A stretch of 64,000 nucleotides of DNA from Desulfatiglandales bacterium (GCA_963666345.1 OY762721.1:2912001-2976000); one strand, 5' to 3'; shown: positions 21,977 to 33,464, numbered from the stretch's first letter. Translations and numbers: made by a program. The notes: generated from the sequence alone by a model not told the origin.

Positions 21977-22309
21977 ATGCAAGCAGTCTTTATCTTTTTA
22001 CATATAGCCGCGTGCCTGGCGCTCATATTCATAGTCCTTCTTCAGAAGGGAAAAGGCGCCGGTATGGGAGCCGCATTTGGAGGGTCGAGCCAGACGGTAT
22101 TCGGAAGTTCGGGAGCGACATCTCTTTTACACAAGGTTACTACATTTGTTGCTATAATTTTTATGGTGACGTCCCTTGGGCTGACACTGTTTTTCGGGCA
22201 GGGCAAGACCACTTCCGTCATGGAGGGGGTCGAACAGACCGGTACCCCGCCGGCAGCCCAGACCGGTGAAGCCCCGAGTGCGCCTGCAGCAGAGGGGCAG
22301 AGCAAGTGA
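21977..22309 (+). CDS. secG: Preprotein translocase subunit SecG
   Basis: VLLQKGKGAGMGAAFGGSSQTVFGS; tpiA-secG-tRNA-Leu synteny. Confidence 0.96.
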   Translation: MQAVFIFLHIAACLALIFIVLLQKGKGAGMGAAFGGSSQTVFGSSGATSLLHKVTTFVAIIFMVTSLGLTLFFGQGKTTSVMEGVEQTGTPPAAQTGEAPSAPAAEGQSK

Positions 22310-22319
22310 TTTCCAATGT

Positions 22320-22406
22320 GCCGAAGTGGTGGAACCTGGTAGACACGCTATCTTGAGGGGGTAGTGGCCGACGGCCGTGCGGGTTCAAGTCCCGCCTTCG
22401 GCACCA
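22320..22406 (+). tRNA. tRNA-Leu (anticodon GAG)
   Basis: Acceptor stem GCCGAAG/CTTCGGC, anticodon arm CTATC-TTGAGGG-GGTAG, long variable arm, GTTCAAGT T-loop, encoded CCA. Confidence 0.96.
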
Positions 22407-22425
22407 TTTTTCCTATAATTTCAAG

Positions 22426-23121
22426 CTACTTATCAATCGTCCTTCCATTTAAAATCATGTGCAGATGATGTGCAGGTCGGTGCAGGTTATTTGACTGTCC
22501 TCTTATCTTAGCTGTAGCTTGCCTTTGACGCACTGCATCAACCAATAGATAGCGGTCAAAGGCTTTATTGGTTTTGTGCTCTGTGAGTTCCATTCTTATT
22601 TCTTCTGGACTCATGCCTACCTCAAACCGGGCGGCAGTGGTCGTCGAATGTTTTGTGCCGGGATAGACCGATACGCCGTCAATTCCGAGATTTTGGCAGG
22701 CTTTCCTCCAATATTTATAAAAATAGTCTTTGCCAAACATCCCTCCAGCTTTAAGCAATTTCGCTGATACACCTTTCCGCTTCTCATGCCTGAAAAATGG
22801 CATTGAGGGAACACCTCTTACGCATCCCTTGATAAATTCTACATCTTCAGGTAGGAGATAGAGCTTTTTTTCCTCGCCGGTCTTGGTCTTAGATACTTTT
22901 ATTTCACCCACCTGAAGGTTGATATCTCCTTCCTTGATCTGCCTTAACTCCCCTGGCCTTACCTTAGGATAACTCGCCAGGAGAAATACCCCGAACCATA
23001 TTTTAGGATTAAAGGCTGTGATCCGCTTGACCTCATCTATAATCTCGCCCTGGGTTTTTTTATCTACTAACTCCCGGTAACCTAATTCATAATTCACAGT
23101 AGGAAACTCCGGTGTTTCTGT
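22426..23121 (-). pseudogene. Tyrosine recombinase/integrase, C-terminal catalytic part only (N-terminus cut by IS21)
   Basis: VRPGELRQI, KTKTG, YPGTKHS, HKTNKAFDRY; converges on the tRNA 3' end; the frame runs into the IS21 end. Confidence 0.8.
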
Positions 23122-23224
23122 TGTCAATAGGCGTTGAAAATTGACCCATCATCGGCGTCCAAAATTGACCCACCCCTGAGAAAAAAATATGGTTAAATAG
23201 TTGAGTAGTTGATCCCTTCTTTAT

Positions 23225-23956
23225 CTATGAAGCTGCGTGTTTCATTCTCCAGCTTTCGTTACCTGTTTCTATAATTTCACAATGATGAGTCAACCGATCA
23301 AGCATGGCCGTAGTCATTTTTTTATCTCCAAAGACTTGGGGCCATTCACCGAAGGTCAAGTTGGTGGTGATTACTATGGATGTCTGTTCGTAGAGTTTTG
23401 ATATAAGATGAAAGAGCAGTTGACTGCCGTTTTTGGAAAAAGGCAGATAACCCAGTTCATCGAGGACCACAAGATCAAATCGAAGTAGTCTTGCTGTGAT
23501 TTTGCCGGCCAATCCAATCATTTTCTCCTGCTCAAGCTCATTTGCCAGATCCACCAGGTTATAAAACTTGCACTTCCTGCCATTCCTTATGGCCTGGGCC
23601 GCTATAGTTATGGCTAAATGGGTTTTGCCCGTACCGGTGCCACCTACAAAAATCAGGTTGATATGTTCGGCTATAAAATCACCCTGATAAATAGACCTAA
23701 TCTGGGCTTCATCAACACAGGCCCCGTTAAAATCAAAGCCATCGATATCTTTAAGGACAGGAAACCTGGCCTGTCCCATACGATATCGGATACTCCTTAT
23801 ATATCTTTCGGCAGCTTCAGCCTTGAGCAGTTCCAGGATTACCTTTTCAGGCGTTGAATGGCTCTTGCGTCCATTGGAGACAACTTCATCATAAATGGAC
23901 TGCATACCCCGCAACTTTAGTTTTTCCATCTGGTCCATGATATCATTGCGCAGCAT
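23225..23956 (-). CDS. istB: IS21 helper ATPase IstB
   Basis: [36 protein letters not shown]. Confidence 0.96.
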   Translation of the reverse strand: MLRNDIMDQMEKLKLRGMQSIYDEVVSNGRKSHSTPEKVILELLKAEAAERYIRSIRYRMGQARFPVLKDIDGFDFNGACVDEAQIRSIYQGDFIAEHINLIFVGGTGTGKTHLAITIAAQAIRNGRKCKFYNLVDLANELEQEKMIGLAGKITARLLRFDLVVLDELGYLPFSKNGSQLLFHLISKLYEQTSIVITTNLTFGEWPQVFGDKKMTTAMLDRLTHHCEIIETGNESWRMKHAAS

Positions 23957-25460
23957 GGTATCCCTCCCTTACCAAACGTTCATAGCGGCGGCAGTCTGCT
24001 ATGGGCTCTTGCTTGAGAATCAGATGGGAGGGGATACCCAAATCAGGCGTGCAATCCTGATCCTGATCCCTGTTTAAAAGATTGAGAACCACCTCTTTAC
24101 TTACGGCCCTTATCTTTAGGGCCTCCTTACAGGCTTTACTTACAGCCTCAAGTCCGTAGAAAGGAACAGCATTTAGAATGGCCACAAACTGACGGTCCCA
24201 GTCGGAAAAACGGTTTTGAAGCCCATTTAGGACGCCTTCGACAGGATCGGGAAGTTGCCAGTCTTTAAAGGGGGCTCCATTACGGAGAGCCCCGGGCTTA
24301 CGTTCAAGGACCGGGACATAATGCCAGGGATTAAAAATAGTCTTGTTCTTTCCAAAATGCCTATCATGCTCTCCTACGATACAACCGTTATTTACTATCA
24401 CTATCCGATCGGCATATACTCTCATATAGACCGCTTTACCCACCTGGCTGCAATTAACGCTGTATCGGTTCCGGTCATAGGTTACAAGTGAGCTGGGGGT
24501 AACCCTGGCTGGACGTTGTGCATATCCATCAAAGAGAGGTGGTAGATTTATCAGATAGGGTCTCTCTTCACTGTAGACCTGCCAAACCGTCTTATCAGAT
24601 ATTGTTGGATGCTTACGGGTCTTTGCCCAGGTGATGCATTGTTCTCTAAGCAGCTCGTTTAGGTGTGTGAAATCCCTGGCCTTGATTCGGGGAGTGAAAA
24701 ATCTCCTTCTGACCACACCTACCTGGTTTTCCACCTGACCCTTTTCCCAACCTGCAGCAGGGGTGCAGCTTACCGGTTCAAATAAATAATGGGAACACAG
24801 TTGGCTGAAGCGGCTGTTGAACTGTCTTTCCCTTCCTCCCAGGATCTTGTTAACCACTGTTTTGAGATTGTCATAGATGCCTTTACGGCAAACTCCCCCA
24901 AAAAACTCAAAGGCCCTGATATGGGCATCAAACACCATCTCCTGGGTTTCTCTGGGGTAGGCAATACAAAGGAAGTAGCGGCTGTGACATAACCTTATAT
25001 GTGCAACCTTTGCCTTTACTCTGCTTCCGTCCAGATCTACCCACTCATGACTCCAGTCAAACTGAAAGGCTTCTGCAGGATCAAATACCAAAGGTATAAA
25101 TACCTCCTTTGGCAAGCTCCTTTGATCCTGGCGCCATCTTTGAACATATCTCCGTACGCTGTCATAGCCACCTTCGTAGCCGTTGAGTTGCAGCTCTTCA
25201 AAAAGTATCTGGGCTGTCCTGCGCAGTTTTTTGGGCAGTTTCTCGTCTTCTTCCAGAAAGCCTTTCAGCATGTCTATAAACGGCCCCAGCTTGGGTCTTG
25301 GCTGGTTGCTTCGTTCGTACTGAAAAGATGTTTCTCCGCTCCTTATCGCCTTTTTTACTGTATTTTTGCTAAGGCGCAGATCCTTCGCTGTCTGACGTAT
25401 GGATTTGCCATCTCTGAGAACAGCTAATCGTATCTTACGGATTGTTTCCACTGTGAGCAT
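23943..25460 (-). CDS. istA: IS21 transposase IstA
   Basis: N-terminal HTH, QFDW, YDNLK, WEKGQVE. Confidence 0.96.
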   Translation of the reverse strand: MLTVETIRKIRLAVLRDGKSIRQTAKDLRLSKNTVKKAIRSGETSFQYERSNQPRPKLGPFIDMLKGFLEEDEKLPKKLRRTAQILFEELQLNGYEGGYDSVRRYVQRWRQDQRSLPKEVFIPLVFDPAEAFQFDWSHEWVDLDGSRVKAKVAHIRLCHSRYFLCIAYPRETQEMVFDAHIRAFEFFGGVCRKGIYDNLKTVVNKILGGRERQFNSRFSQLCSHYLFEPVSCTPAAGWEKGQVENQVGVVRRRFFTPRIKARDFTHLNELLREQCITWAKTRKHPTISDKTVWQVYSEERPYLINLPPLFDGYAQRPARVTPSSLVTYDRNRYSVNCSQVGKAVYMRVYADRIVIVNNGCIVGEHDRHFGKNKTIFNPWHYVPVLERKPGALRNGAPFKDWQLPDPVEGVLNGLQNRFSDWDRQFVAILNAVPFYGLEAVSKACKEALKIRAVSKEVVLNLLNRDQDQDCTPDLGIPSHLILKQEPIADCRRYERLVREGYHAAQ

Positions 25461-25574
25461 CCCTTTCCGCCTCCTTCTACCATAGTCACAGCAGAATAGA
25501 AGGCTTTCAGGGGTGGGTCAATTTTGGACGCCGATTCGCCCTATAGGTGGGTCATTTTTGCATGCCGATTCACA

Positions 25575-25769
25575 GACCAGGTCTATCTCAAAGATTTCAC
25601 ACAACCGGGCCAGGGTTTCAATTGTAGGGTTTACCAGGCCTCGTTCCATCTTTCCGTAATAGCGGTAGGAGAAACCCCAGGTTTCCAGGTCTTCCTGTTT
25701 CAGGCCTTTGGCCATTCGCAATGCCTTGAGGCGATAGCCCAGTTGTCTTTTAAGGTTTTCCTTGTCCAT
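25575..25769 (-). pseudogene. XRE-family HTH regulator, C-terminus replaced by IS21 sequence
   Basis: LGYRLKALRMAKGLKQEDL...MERGLVNPTIETL; the frame enters the IS end at 25574. Confidence 0.75.
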
Positions 25770-25824
25770 ATCTGGCCTCCTTTGACTTTATACTGGTTTA
25801 AAGGGACCTGATACAGGCATTCAT

Positions 25825-25865
25825 AGGTAATATTAACCTTGACAATATTACCTTAAAGTAATATT
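25825..25865. promoter_or_regulatory. Overlapping palindromic operators around a TTGACA box between divergent genes
   Basis: AGGTAATATT-N9-AATATTACCT and AATATTAC-N6-GTAATATT, with TTGACA at 25839. Confidence 0.55.
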
Positions 25866-25867
25866 TA

Positions 25868-26662
25868 TTGCCTCAGTTAATTATTAATCATGGCTTTTCC
25901 CATGAGGCAAGAAATATGAAGATCGATATCAACAGGGCTGAAAAGACCCTTGCTGACTATGATGATTTAATAAGTTCAGCTATCGAGTTAATCGATCAGT
26001 TTAACCGGCTCGATATATGGAATGACTATCAGAAACACATAAATAGAAAGTTCACTGCCTCGAAAAAATTGATTGAGGCTTATGAAGCAAGCGGCCTTTA
26101 CAATAGTTATGACATCCTGAGGATAGCTGGATTTGTTGCAACTGAAGAGAGTCTGAGTAATGCCGTTGCATCCCTGCTGGACCCCAATAGACCTCACCAA
26201 CTTGGAATAGTACCCCTTAAAAGCCTGCTGACGAGCTTAAGAAACAGGAAAAAGGAAACCATCTCTGCCATCTTGAAAATCCTTGATGATCCATGGATCA
26301 AGATCAAAGTTCAGAGGGAGTTACACTTAAGAAATACCATCCCTGACATCGTAATAGAATCAAAGGATTTTATAATCTTTATTGAAAACAAGCTCAGGGG
26401 AAATGTTGAGACCGGAAACGGTACCCAAACCATACGTCAATGGGAGGCCCTTAAATTACGTGGCCAGAGATATGGGATATCAAATCTCCTTGGAATTTTC
26501 CTAACCCCTGAAGGCAAGTCTCCCAGTTCAAAAGACTTTATTCCCTTATCTGTCCATGAACTGGTATCAGCCCTTAGGAAGGTCTTGGAAAAACCAAAAG
26601 CCCCTGACCACATGGACATAATTTATGCTTTTTTAGGATTCTACGACTGGCATGATTGCTAA
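25868..26662 (+). CDS. PD-(D/E)XK nuclease superfamily protein (true start may be the ATG at 25916)
   Basis: EESLSNAVASLLDP..H, QRE...PDIVIE...IENK. Confidence 0.72.
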   Translation: MPQLIINHGFSHEARNMKIDINRAEKTLADYDDLISSAIELIDQFNRLDIWNDYQKHINRKFTASKKLIEAYEASGLYNSYDILRIAGFVATEESLSNAVASLLDPNRPHQLGIVPLKSLLTSLRNRKKETISAILKILDDPWIKIKVQRELHLRNTIPDIVIESKDFIIFIENKLRGNVETGNGTQTIRQWEALKLRGQRYGISNLLGIFLTPEGKSPSSKDFIPLSVHELVSALRKVLEKPKAPDHMDIIYAFLGFYDWHDC

Positions 26663-27284
26663 GGAGGATACCATGACTGAGTTTACAGGAGACAAAGGGC
26701 TGAATTTTGTTATTGACCATTACAAAAATATTGAAGCCATAAATGAAATCTACAAGACGGCTAAGACCAAACTACCGGAGCGTGTAAACTTAGCAATCGT
26801 TGATAGCATAAAAGGCTTGGAGAACTATTTTCATTCAAAAAAGCTTATCTGTGAAACTATTGATGGCCAAATTTACTGGTTTGATCCTGACCTTTACGAC
26901 ACTCAAGCTGGACTAGGACTATTTTTGGCATTTGATTATATTTCTAGTTGGGCTGAATTAAGCCCAGAAGGCTATGAACCTGATCGGCCGTTCTTATATG
27001 CCTGTTATGAACCATCAGGAAAGACCAAAGCAGACCGAAAAGAGGATTTAAATAGATGGAAAAATGAAATTAAAAAACATAAGTCCAGCTTATTAAAAAA
27101 AGACATTTTTTTAGCCAAACCTGATGATGATGATCCCGGATGGCTGGTGACATATTATATCGATAAAGAAGTGAATATTGAAGTTTTGAAAACCCCGGGG
27201 GAACTAAGAAAAAAAGTCCAGACGGCTGTCAAGAATTTTACCTCGACAATCTTGCCAATCATTAGAAAGATCGCAAAAACCTAG
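26652..27284 (+). CDS. Hypothetical protein
   Basis: 210-aa ORF; an AAGGAGG RBS before the ATG near 26673; coupled to the nuclease gene. Confidence 0.65.
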   Translation: MIAKEDTMTEFTGDKGLNFVIDHYKNIEAINEIYKTAKTKLPERVNLAIVDSIKGLENYFHSKKLICETIDGQIYWFDPDLYDTQAGLGLFLAFDYISSWAELSPEGYEPDRPFLYACYEPSGKTKADRKEDLNRWKNEIKKHKSSLLKKDIFLAKPDDDDPGWLVTYYIDKEVNIEVLKTPGELRKKVQTAVKNFTSTILPIIRKIAKT

Positions 27285-27359
27285 CATTTATTATAGCCGT
27301 ATCAATCACTATTATCCATTTCACCATCAATCCTACCAAAAGGTAAGAAAGGAGGAGCT

Positions 27360-28151
27360 ATGCCCAGCTATAGAGAAGCAAAAGCAAGATCTGAAAGAAA
27401 GCTTCAGAAGGCTTTTAAGCTTGGTGAGGTACCCAAGGTTTATGAAGTCAATTGCCCTTATTATGGACAAAAAAAGTTTTCAAGACCTGGTAAAAGAAAA
27501 ATCAAAATCTGTAGTTTCCACAGGCCAGATCAAGGAATAGAATTATTTGAATACACTGAGCTAAGAAATACCCCTATAAAAGAACTCCATCAATCCTATT
27601 GCCAGCTTGATAACGACAGGATCAAAGATGGAAAAAATAACAGCTTTATGATAGAAGTCCGAGTGGAATTTCCAAGGAAATTAACTATACTAGCAGGCTA
27701 TGAGTGGGCCTTTCTTGGAAGGCTGACAACTGGGGATAAATTCTTGGCCGTCTTAAAGCTTAAGGTAAGAAAAATTTTTAGGGGTTGCGGGTTGTCAAGT
27801 TTGATCAAGTTTAAAGAGCTTGACCTTGCAAGAAAACAAACTTGTGATTTTATCCAGACATACCATGCGGCAGATAACCCCTATTTTCTTTCAGCAATCA
27901 CCCCCAGCCTGAACCAGGGCTTTGTCCTTTATCATGGAAGACCCACCGGGATCGAAGCCTATGAAGAGGAAGGCTATATCCACTTAAGGAAATACCTCAA
28001 AAGGAAAACAAGACCTGACATTAAAGTTACCTTCAAAGACGGCACAGTCTTTAAATCCAATAAGGAAAACCATCTTATCCTTGAGCATTTGAAAAATGCT
28101 AAAGGCCTGCCTGGAAGGCATATCCTTAAGATTGAAGAATATGGGGAATAG
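27360..28151 (+). CDS. Hypothetical protein with possible GNAT-like domain
   Basis: Strong RBS AGGAGG; LKVRKIFRGCGLSS resembles the acetyl-CoA-binding motif A. Confidence 0.55.
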   Translation: MPSYREAKARSERKLQKAFKLGEVPKVYEVNCPYYGQKKFSRPGKRKIKICSFHRPDQGIELFEYTELRNTPIKELHQSYCQLDNDRIKDGKNNSFMIEVRVEFPRKLTILAGYEWAFLGRLTTGDKFLAVLKLKVRKIFRGCGLSSLIKFKELDLARKQTCDFIQTYHAADNPYFLSAITPSLNQGFVLYHGRPTGIEAYEEEGYIHLRKYLKRKTRPDIKVTFKDGTVFKSNKENHLILEHLKNAKGLPGRHILKIEEYGE

Positions 28152-28719
28152 AAATATCAAAGGGAGATTGATCTTAAAACTTCATATAGCTTCACTCACT
28201 TTTTCTCGCAATTCTAATTTTTTTGCAATTTTTTTCGCTTTTTTCTTTTTGAACCTTCCTTAAGCCTCCTTTTCGAATTAATTTCACAATTATTCTAAGG
28301 CCTTACAGAATAGAAAAAGCTTGACATTCCAACCTAAATTTATTAATATTTTAACATAAATTATAGAGTTTATTATTATTGATTTTCGATCAAAGTTTTT
28401 CACAATATTTCCAGCTATCGCCACCTTGGAAATTTTTCTTTTCTTAGTAAAGCCTCCAAACCTAAAGTCCTTTTATCTAAATATTTATCTAAGAATAATT
28501 CCTGTCAAAACCACACTATAACTTTGCCATTCATAATTTGACTTTGTACCAAGTAAATATATTTGGAAGGGAGATGGAACAACCAAGATAATATAGAAAT
28601 TTGCAAAGAATATTTCTATTTAAACCGCCACGCCTCGGGAGTTTTTCAGATATGTTCCGGGGCGTTTCTGCGTTTTGGAGATTTGGCTATTTTCCAATAA
28701 AGGAGAAAGGAGAAAAATT

Positions 28720-30939
28720 ATGCCTTTGAAAAGAAACAGAAGGAAGAGAAGAAATATCGTAAGGGCCGAGCAGCCATCCGATCTAACTGATATGTTCGTG
28801 ATCAAGAAGACAGCAACTTATCTTTATCGTCACCTTGCTGCCTTTCCCTGCACTGAACTTGATGAGGAATTTTTTGATTTACTTTCATTTGGAATGAACG
28901 AAAGCCTTGAGGGGATAATAGAACGGAGTTTAAATCGGTTCGAAAGCCCGAGGAAAGACCAGTATTTACCTATTGTCCAAAAATGCCTTGATTCAAACAG
29001 CAGGTTCAATGACATCATACCCTGTATCCTCGAAAGGGCACCGAACGCCTTTTGTGTAGCTATCAGGCAATCCATTCTTGAAGCATTAAAAAATAGTATT
29101 GAAAAGCATAAATACAGGTGTAAATCTGATCTGGAAAAAAATCTTTACAGGATAAAAAAGACTTTTAAGTTGAATAAAGCTGAGGTTGAGTTTGCCCTTT
29201 TTCTTTATATAATATTTTGCAACTCAAAGCTTGATACTTTCTTTATAGATGAACTTCATTGCCAGAGGCTGAGTGGAAAGAAGTACCTGGCAAATGTCCT
29301 AGAATTGACTAGAGGAGAGTTAGATCAGGTTATGAACGGCACCCTTAAAAAGATTGATTTCTTCTCTTTTGACATGGAGGGTCTGGTAGTTGAATCCGAA
29401 TTTGTTAACATCTTTGAGTATGGCACACTGTCTGATCCCTCTCGGTTATATTTCAATAAAATCAAAAGACCTGCTATTCCTCTTGATTACCATTTAACCG
29501 TTCAAAAGGTGATTCCTCATATAATCAGTTTATTTAAGAAAAAGCCTGTGTCATCAACTCATATATTGCTGTATGGAGCCCCAGGAACGGGAAAGACATC
29601 CTTTGCTGAGGGTCTGGCAAAAGAATTGAAAATACCAGCATATACCATCACAAAAGATGCTGACAACAAGACTAAGCGTGCGAGACTTGCAATTATGGCC
29701 TGCTTAAACATTACAAACAGTGGAGATGGGTCCCTGGTAGTCGTAGATGAGGCTGACAACCTCCTTAACACAAGGTTCTCATGGTTTTCAAGGGGTGAGA
29801 CTCAAGATAAGGGCTGGCTAAATAAACTGATGGAAGAGCCAGGGGTAAGGATGATCTGGATAACCAATGAGATAGATGACATTGCCCCATCGGTTTTAAG
29901 GAGATTTTCCTATAGCCTACACTTTAAACCCTTTAACAAGCGTCAGAGAGTGCTTCTATGGGAGAACATCTTAAGATATAACAGGGTCAAGAGGTTTTTC
30001 ACCAGTGATGAGGTAAATAGCCTTGCCGTCAGGTATAGGGTAAATGCCGGGGTCATAGATCTAGCGGTCAAGAAGGCTAAAGAGACGGGTATTACATCAA
30101 AGCCTGATTATCAAAATGCCTTAAGACTTGCCTTGGATGCCTACCTGGCTTTGGAAAATGGCGGGGAGAAGGAAATAGACAGGGAAAGAATCGAAGAAAC
30201 CTATTCCTTGGAGGGTCTTAATATCAAGGGGGATCTTAAAGGAGCCTTAGGTCAGCTGGAAGCCTTTGATCAGTTTTTAAGGAAGGCTGATGATGACAGG
30301 GTATTAACCATTAATCTCTTGCTTTATGGACCACCTGGTACTGGAAAGAGCGAGTTTGCCAGATACCTTGGAAGGCACCTTGATAGGGAAATTATTGTCA
30401 AACGGATAAGTGACCTACAGAGCAAATGGGTAGGTGATTCAGAGAAGAATATCAGGGATGCCTTTTATGAAGCAGAAAGAGAAGAGGCAATCCTTATCAT
30501 GGATGAGGCAGATAGCTTGGTTTTTAGCAGGGATTATGCCCTTCACTCATGGGAGATATCATTTACCAATGAATTTTTGGCCAGGTTGGAAAGGTTCAAA
30601 GGGATTCTTATTTGCACTACCAATAGGCTGAAAGACCTTGATCAGGCGAGTATCAGGCGGTTTCAGCATAAGCTTGGGTTTGATTATCTGGATGCTGAAG
30701 GTAATCTGATTTTCTATCAAAAGCTTTTAGAAGGGCTGGTTGATGAACCATTGGATGATGAGAATATCGCTAAGCTAAAAGATATCCGTAACCTTGCTCC
30801 AGGAGATTTTAAGACGGTAAGGGATAGGTTTATCTTTATTTCCGATGATGGCCTGAACCATCAGACCCTTGTTGAGGCTTTAAGAAATGAGTCTGAAATC
30901 AAGAAGGTCTTCCTTAAAACCGGCTCGATTGGCTTTTAA
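28720..30939 (+). CDS. Tandem AAA+ ATPase
   Basis: Two modules: GAPGTGKT/VVDEAD and GPPGTGKS/IMDEAD with an SRH-like RRF; AAGGAG RBS before the ATG at 28720. Confidence 0.88.
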   Translation: MPLKRNRRKRRNIVRAEQPSDLTDMFVIKKTATYLYRHLAAFPCTELDEEFFDLLSFGMNESLEGIIERSLNRFESPRKDQYLPIVQKCLDSNSRFNDIIPCILERAPNAFCVAIRQSILEALKNSIEKHKYRCKSDLEKNLYRIKKTFKLNKAEVEFALFLYIIFCNSKLDTFFIDELHCQRLSGKKYLANVLELTRGELDQVMNGTLKKIDFFSFDMEGLVVESEFVNIFEYGTLSDPSRLYFNKIKRPAIPLDYHLTVQKVIPHIISLFKKKPVSSTHILLYGAPGTGKTSFAEGLAKELKIPAYTITKDADNKTKRARLAIMACLNITNSGDGSLVVVDEADNLLNTRFSWFSRGETQDKGWLNKLMEEPGVRMIWITNEIDDIAPSVLRRFSYSLHFKPFNKRQRVLLWENILRYNRVKRFFTSDEVNSLAVRYRVNAGVIDLAVKKAKETGITSKPDYQNALRLALDAYLALENGGEKEIDRERIEETYSLEGLNIKGDLKGALGQLEAFDQFLRKADDDRVLTINLLLYGPPGTGKSEFARYLGRHLDREIIVKRISDLQSKWVGDSEKNIRDAFYEAEREEAILIMDEADSLVFSRDYALHSWEISFTNEFLARLERFKGILICTTNRLKDLDQASIRRFQHKLGFDYLDAEGNLIFYQKLLEGLVDEPLDDENIAKLKDIRNLAPGDFKTVRDRFIFISDDGLNHQTLVEALRNESEIKKVFLKTGSIGF

Positions 30940-31532
30940 TGTTTTTTCTTTTGGAGATGTGAGTTTACGGGAAAGGGATTAAATATCCTAGGCATACATG
31001 CAACATTTTGCTTTAGCTAAATACTGGCATAACTTAGAGATATCAATGGTTTTGCTGCTTTTCGGGTACATGGCAAATATCTCAGGTCTGCCCATCTAAC
31101 ATTTTAAGGCAAAACATGTCCCTTCTGGCCAATAAAAAAAGCCGTGTCTATCAAACATATCGCAGGATTTCAGTGCGGCTGATATCTTGGTGTGTACAGG
31201 GCGTATCACAAGAAGAGTATATTCTGAATGAAGAAGGTATTGTACGGGTTTATGGTGGCAAGTCGATCTGAAATCCCATTCTGCCAAAGCGATCTATAAT
31301 ATTTTCGGGATTTTGAAATTAAACTTATTTTGATGTATAGTAGAGACCATATTTGAACGGTTTTAGTAATCATCAGTATTATTGAATCTGCTTGGGCTCA
31401 AAAATGATGCAAGAATGGCTGGGTTTTCAAAGGCCCAAAAAAATCAATGATACAGCGAGTATGCTTGACACTCAAAAGCCCCATTTATTCAAACAAAATA
31501 AAGTCAAGGCTTGATGTAGAGGGGAGAGCACT

Positions 31533-33464
31533 ATGGTAGCGATTCAGACAGACCAGATATTCGAAGATATCGTAGAGACAATACGCGAACCCCTTTTGGT
31601 GCTGGCTTCAGACCTGAGGGTTATCTCAGCAAACCGAAGTTTCTATGATTTATTCAAGGTAAATCCTGAAAAGACCGTGGGGCAGCTTATCTATGACCTC
31701 GGCAATAAACAGTGGGATATCCCTAAGCTGCGGGAGCTGTTGGAAAACATCCTTCCCGAAAAGACAAGCTTTGACAACTATGAGGTTGAACACGACTTTG
31801 CCACCATCGGCAGGCGCGTCATGTTGTTGAATGCCCGGCAGATTGAACAAGCGATGGGCAAGGAGCGGATCATCCTGTTGGCCATTGAGGACATTACCGA
31901 GCGCAGGCAATTAGAAGACCTGCTGGAAGAGTCTGCAGAACAAGTACTCAAAGAATCAGAAGAAAGGTATAGGATAATATTTGAAGGAGCTACAGAGGGC
32001 ATACTGGTGGCGGACATGGAGACCCGGAGATTCAGATACTGCAATCCAGCCATATGCGAGATGTTGGGGTATGCCGAAGAAGAGCTCATAGAGCTGGGCG
32101 TTACGGATATCCACCCCAAAGAGTCGCTCGGTCACGTCCTGGCCGAGTTCGAGGCCCAGGCGCGTGGCGATAGGCTTCTCGCTCCGAATCTTCCCTGCCT
32201 CCGGAAAGATGGCAGCGTCATCTTTGCGGACATCCAAACGACCTCGGCCGTCATCGACGGCCTGGAGTGCAACGTGGGGTTCTTCACCGATGTCACCAAA
32301 CGCATGCAGATCGAGGAGCAGTTCAGGCAGGCCCAGAAGATGGAAGCCATCGGCACCCTGGCAGGCGGTGTGGCCCATGATTTCAACAATATACTGACCA
32401 CCATCATCGGGTATGCTGACCTTATGTTAATGACTGTCGAAACCGATAAACCCTTAACTGAGGAGATAGAGGAGATCAAGTTAGCCGGGGAAAGGGCAGC
32501 CGCTTTGACCCGCCAGCTCCTCGCCTTCAGCCGCAAACAGATTGTCCAGCCTAAGATTCTGGATCTGAATAAATTATTGACAGGTATAGAAAAGATGCTT
32601 GTCCGCCTGATTGGAGAGGATATTGAAATTCTGATAATCCCGAAATCTGACTTATGGAAGATAGAGATAGACCCCGGACAAATGGAGCAGGTGATCATGA
32701 ACCTGGTGGTCAATGCCAAGGACGCCATGCCCAATGGAGGCAAGCTCACCATTGAAACGGTCAACATGGATCTGGGCGAGAACTATTTTACCGATCACGG
32801 CATTGTTGAAAAGCATCCAGGCTCTTATGTGGTGCTGACTGTAAGCGATACCGGCATCGGGATGGACAAAGAAGCCCAGGAACGTATCTTTGATCCTTTC
32901 TATACCACCAAAGAGAAAGGCAAGGGCACCGGATTGGGCTTGTCCACGATCTACGGCATTGTCAAACAAAACAATGGTTTTATTTGGGTCTACAGCGAAC
33001 CTGGACAGGGTTCCACCTTCAAGGTTTACCTGCCCAAGGTGAAGGGAGATGTTAAGGGGGAGGAGAAAGAACGAACCCCAGTAATCAAACTTGCCGGTTT
33101 TGAGACCGTTTTAATTGTAGAAGATGATGATAGCCTTCGGAAACTTACTCAAAAGTCTCTCCAGCCCCATGGATACAGAATACTTGTGGCTGAAAACGGC
33201 GAAGATGCCTTGAGAGTAAGCAAGGAGCACGAGGGAACGATTGATCTGCTGATCACTGATGTGGTGATGCCCAGGATGGGCGGTAAGGAAGTCGCAGAAC
33301 GGCTGCAACCTCTCCACCCACAAATGAAGATAATTTACATGTCCGGATATACTGACGACTCTATTGTTCATCGCGGTGTTCTGGCACCGGGACTTAATTT
33401 TCTCGAAAAGCCTTTTTCACCGGCAGGTTTGGCGCGCAAAGTGCGGGAGGTGCTGGACAAATGA
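31533..33464 (+). CDS. PAS-PAS hybrid histidine kinase with receiver
   Basis: Two PAS domains, H-box AHDFNN, HATPase (DTGIGM, GTGLGL), REC (TDVVMP). Confidence 0.92.
   Translation: MVAIQTDQIFEDIVETIREPLLVLASDLRVISANRSFYDLFKVNPEKTVGQLIYDLGNKQWDIPKLRELLENILPEKTSFDNYEVEHDFATIGRRVMLLNARQIEQAMGKERIILLAIEDITERRQLEDLLEESAEQVLKESEERYRIIFEGATEGILVADMETRRFRYCNPAICEMLGYAEEELIELGVTDIHPKESLGHVLAEFEAQARGDRLLAPNLPCLRKDGSVIFADIQTTSAVIDGLECNVGFFTDVTKRMQIEEQFRQAQKMEAIGTLAGGVAHDFNNILTTIIGYADLMLMTVETDKPLTEEIEEIKLAGERAAALTRQLLAFSRKQIVQPKILDLNKLLTGIEKMLVRLIGEDIEILIIPKSDLWKIEIDPGQMEQVIMNLVVNAKDAMPNGGKLTIETVNMDLGENYFTDHGIVEKHPGSYVVLTVSDTGIGMDKEAQERIFDPFYTTKEKGKGTGLGLSTIYGIVKQNNGFIWVYSEPGQGSTFKVYLPKVKGDVKGEEKERTPVIKLAGFETVLIVEDDDSLRKLTQKSLQPHGYRILVAENGEDALRVSKEHEGTIDLLITDVVMPRMGGKEVAERLQPLHPQMKIIYMSGYTDDSIVHRGVLAPGLNFLEKPFSPAGLARKVREVLDK
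32328..32990 (+). repeat. Direct repeat copy 1 (kinase core), matches 63338-64000
   Basis: Identical on manual comparison, offset 31010. Confidence 0.9.

Larger units (their letters stand above)
23122..25574 (-). mobile_element. IS21-family insertion sequence
   Basis: Ends TGTCAATAGGCGTTGAAAATTGACCC and (revcomp) TGTGAATCGGCATGCAAAAATGACCC with subterminal repeats; carries istA-istB; no flanking TSD. Confidence 0.93.

Noticed and set aside
22426..30939. Prophage
   Set aside because: Only an integrase fragment and an XRE gene are present; there are no structural, packaging or lysis genes.
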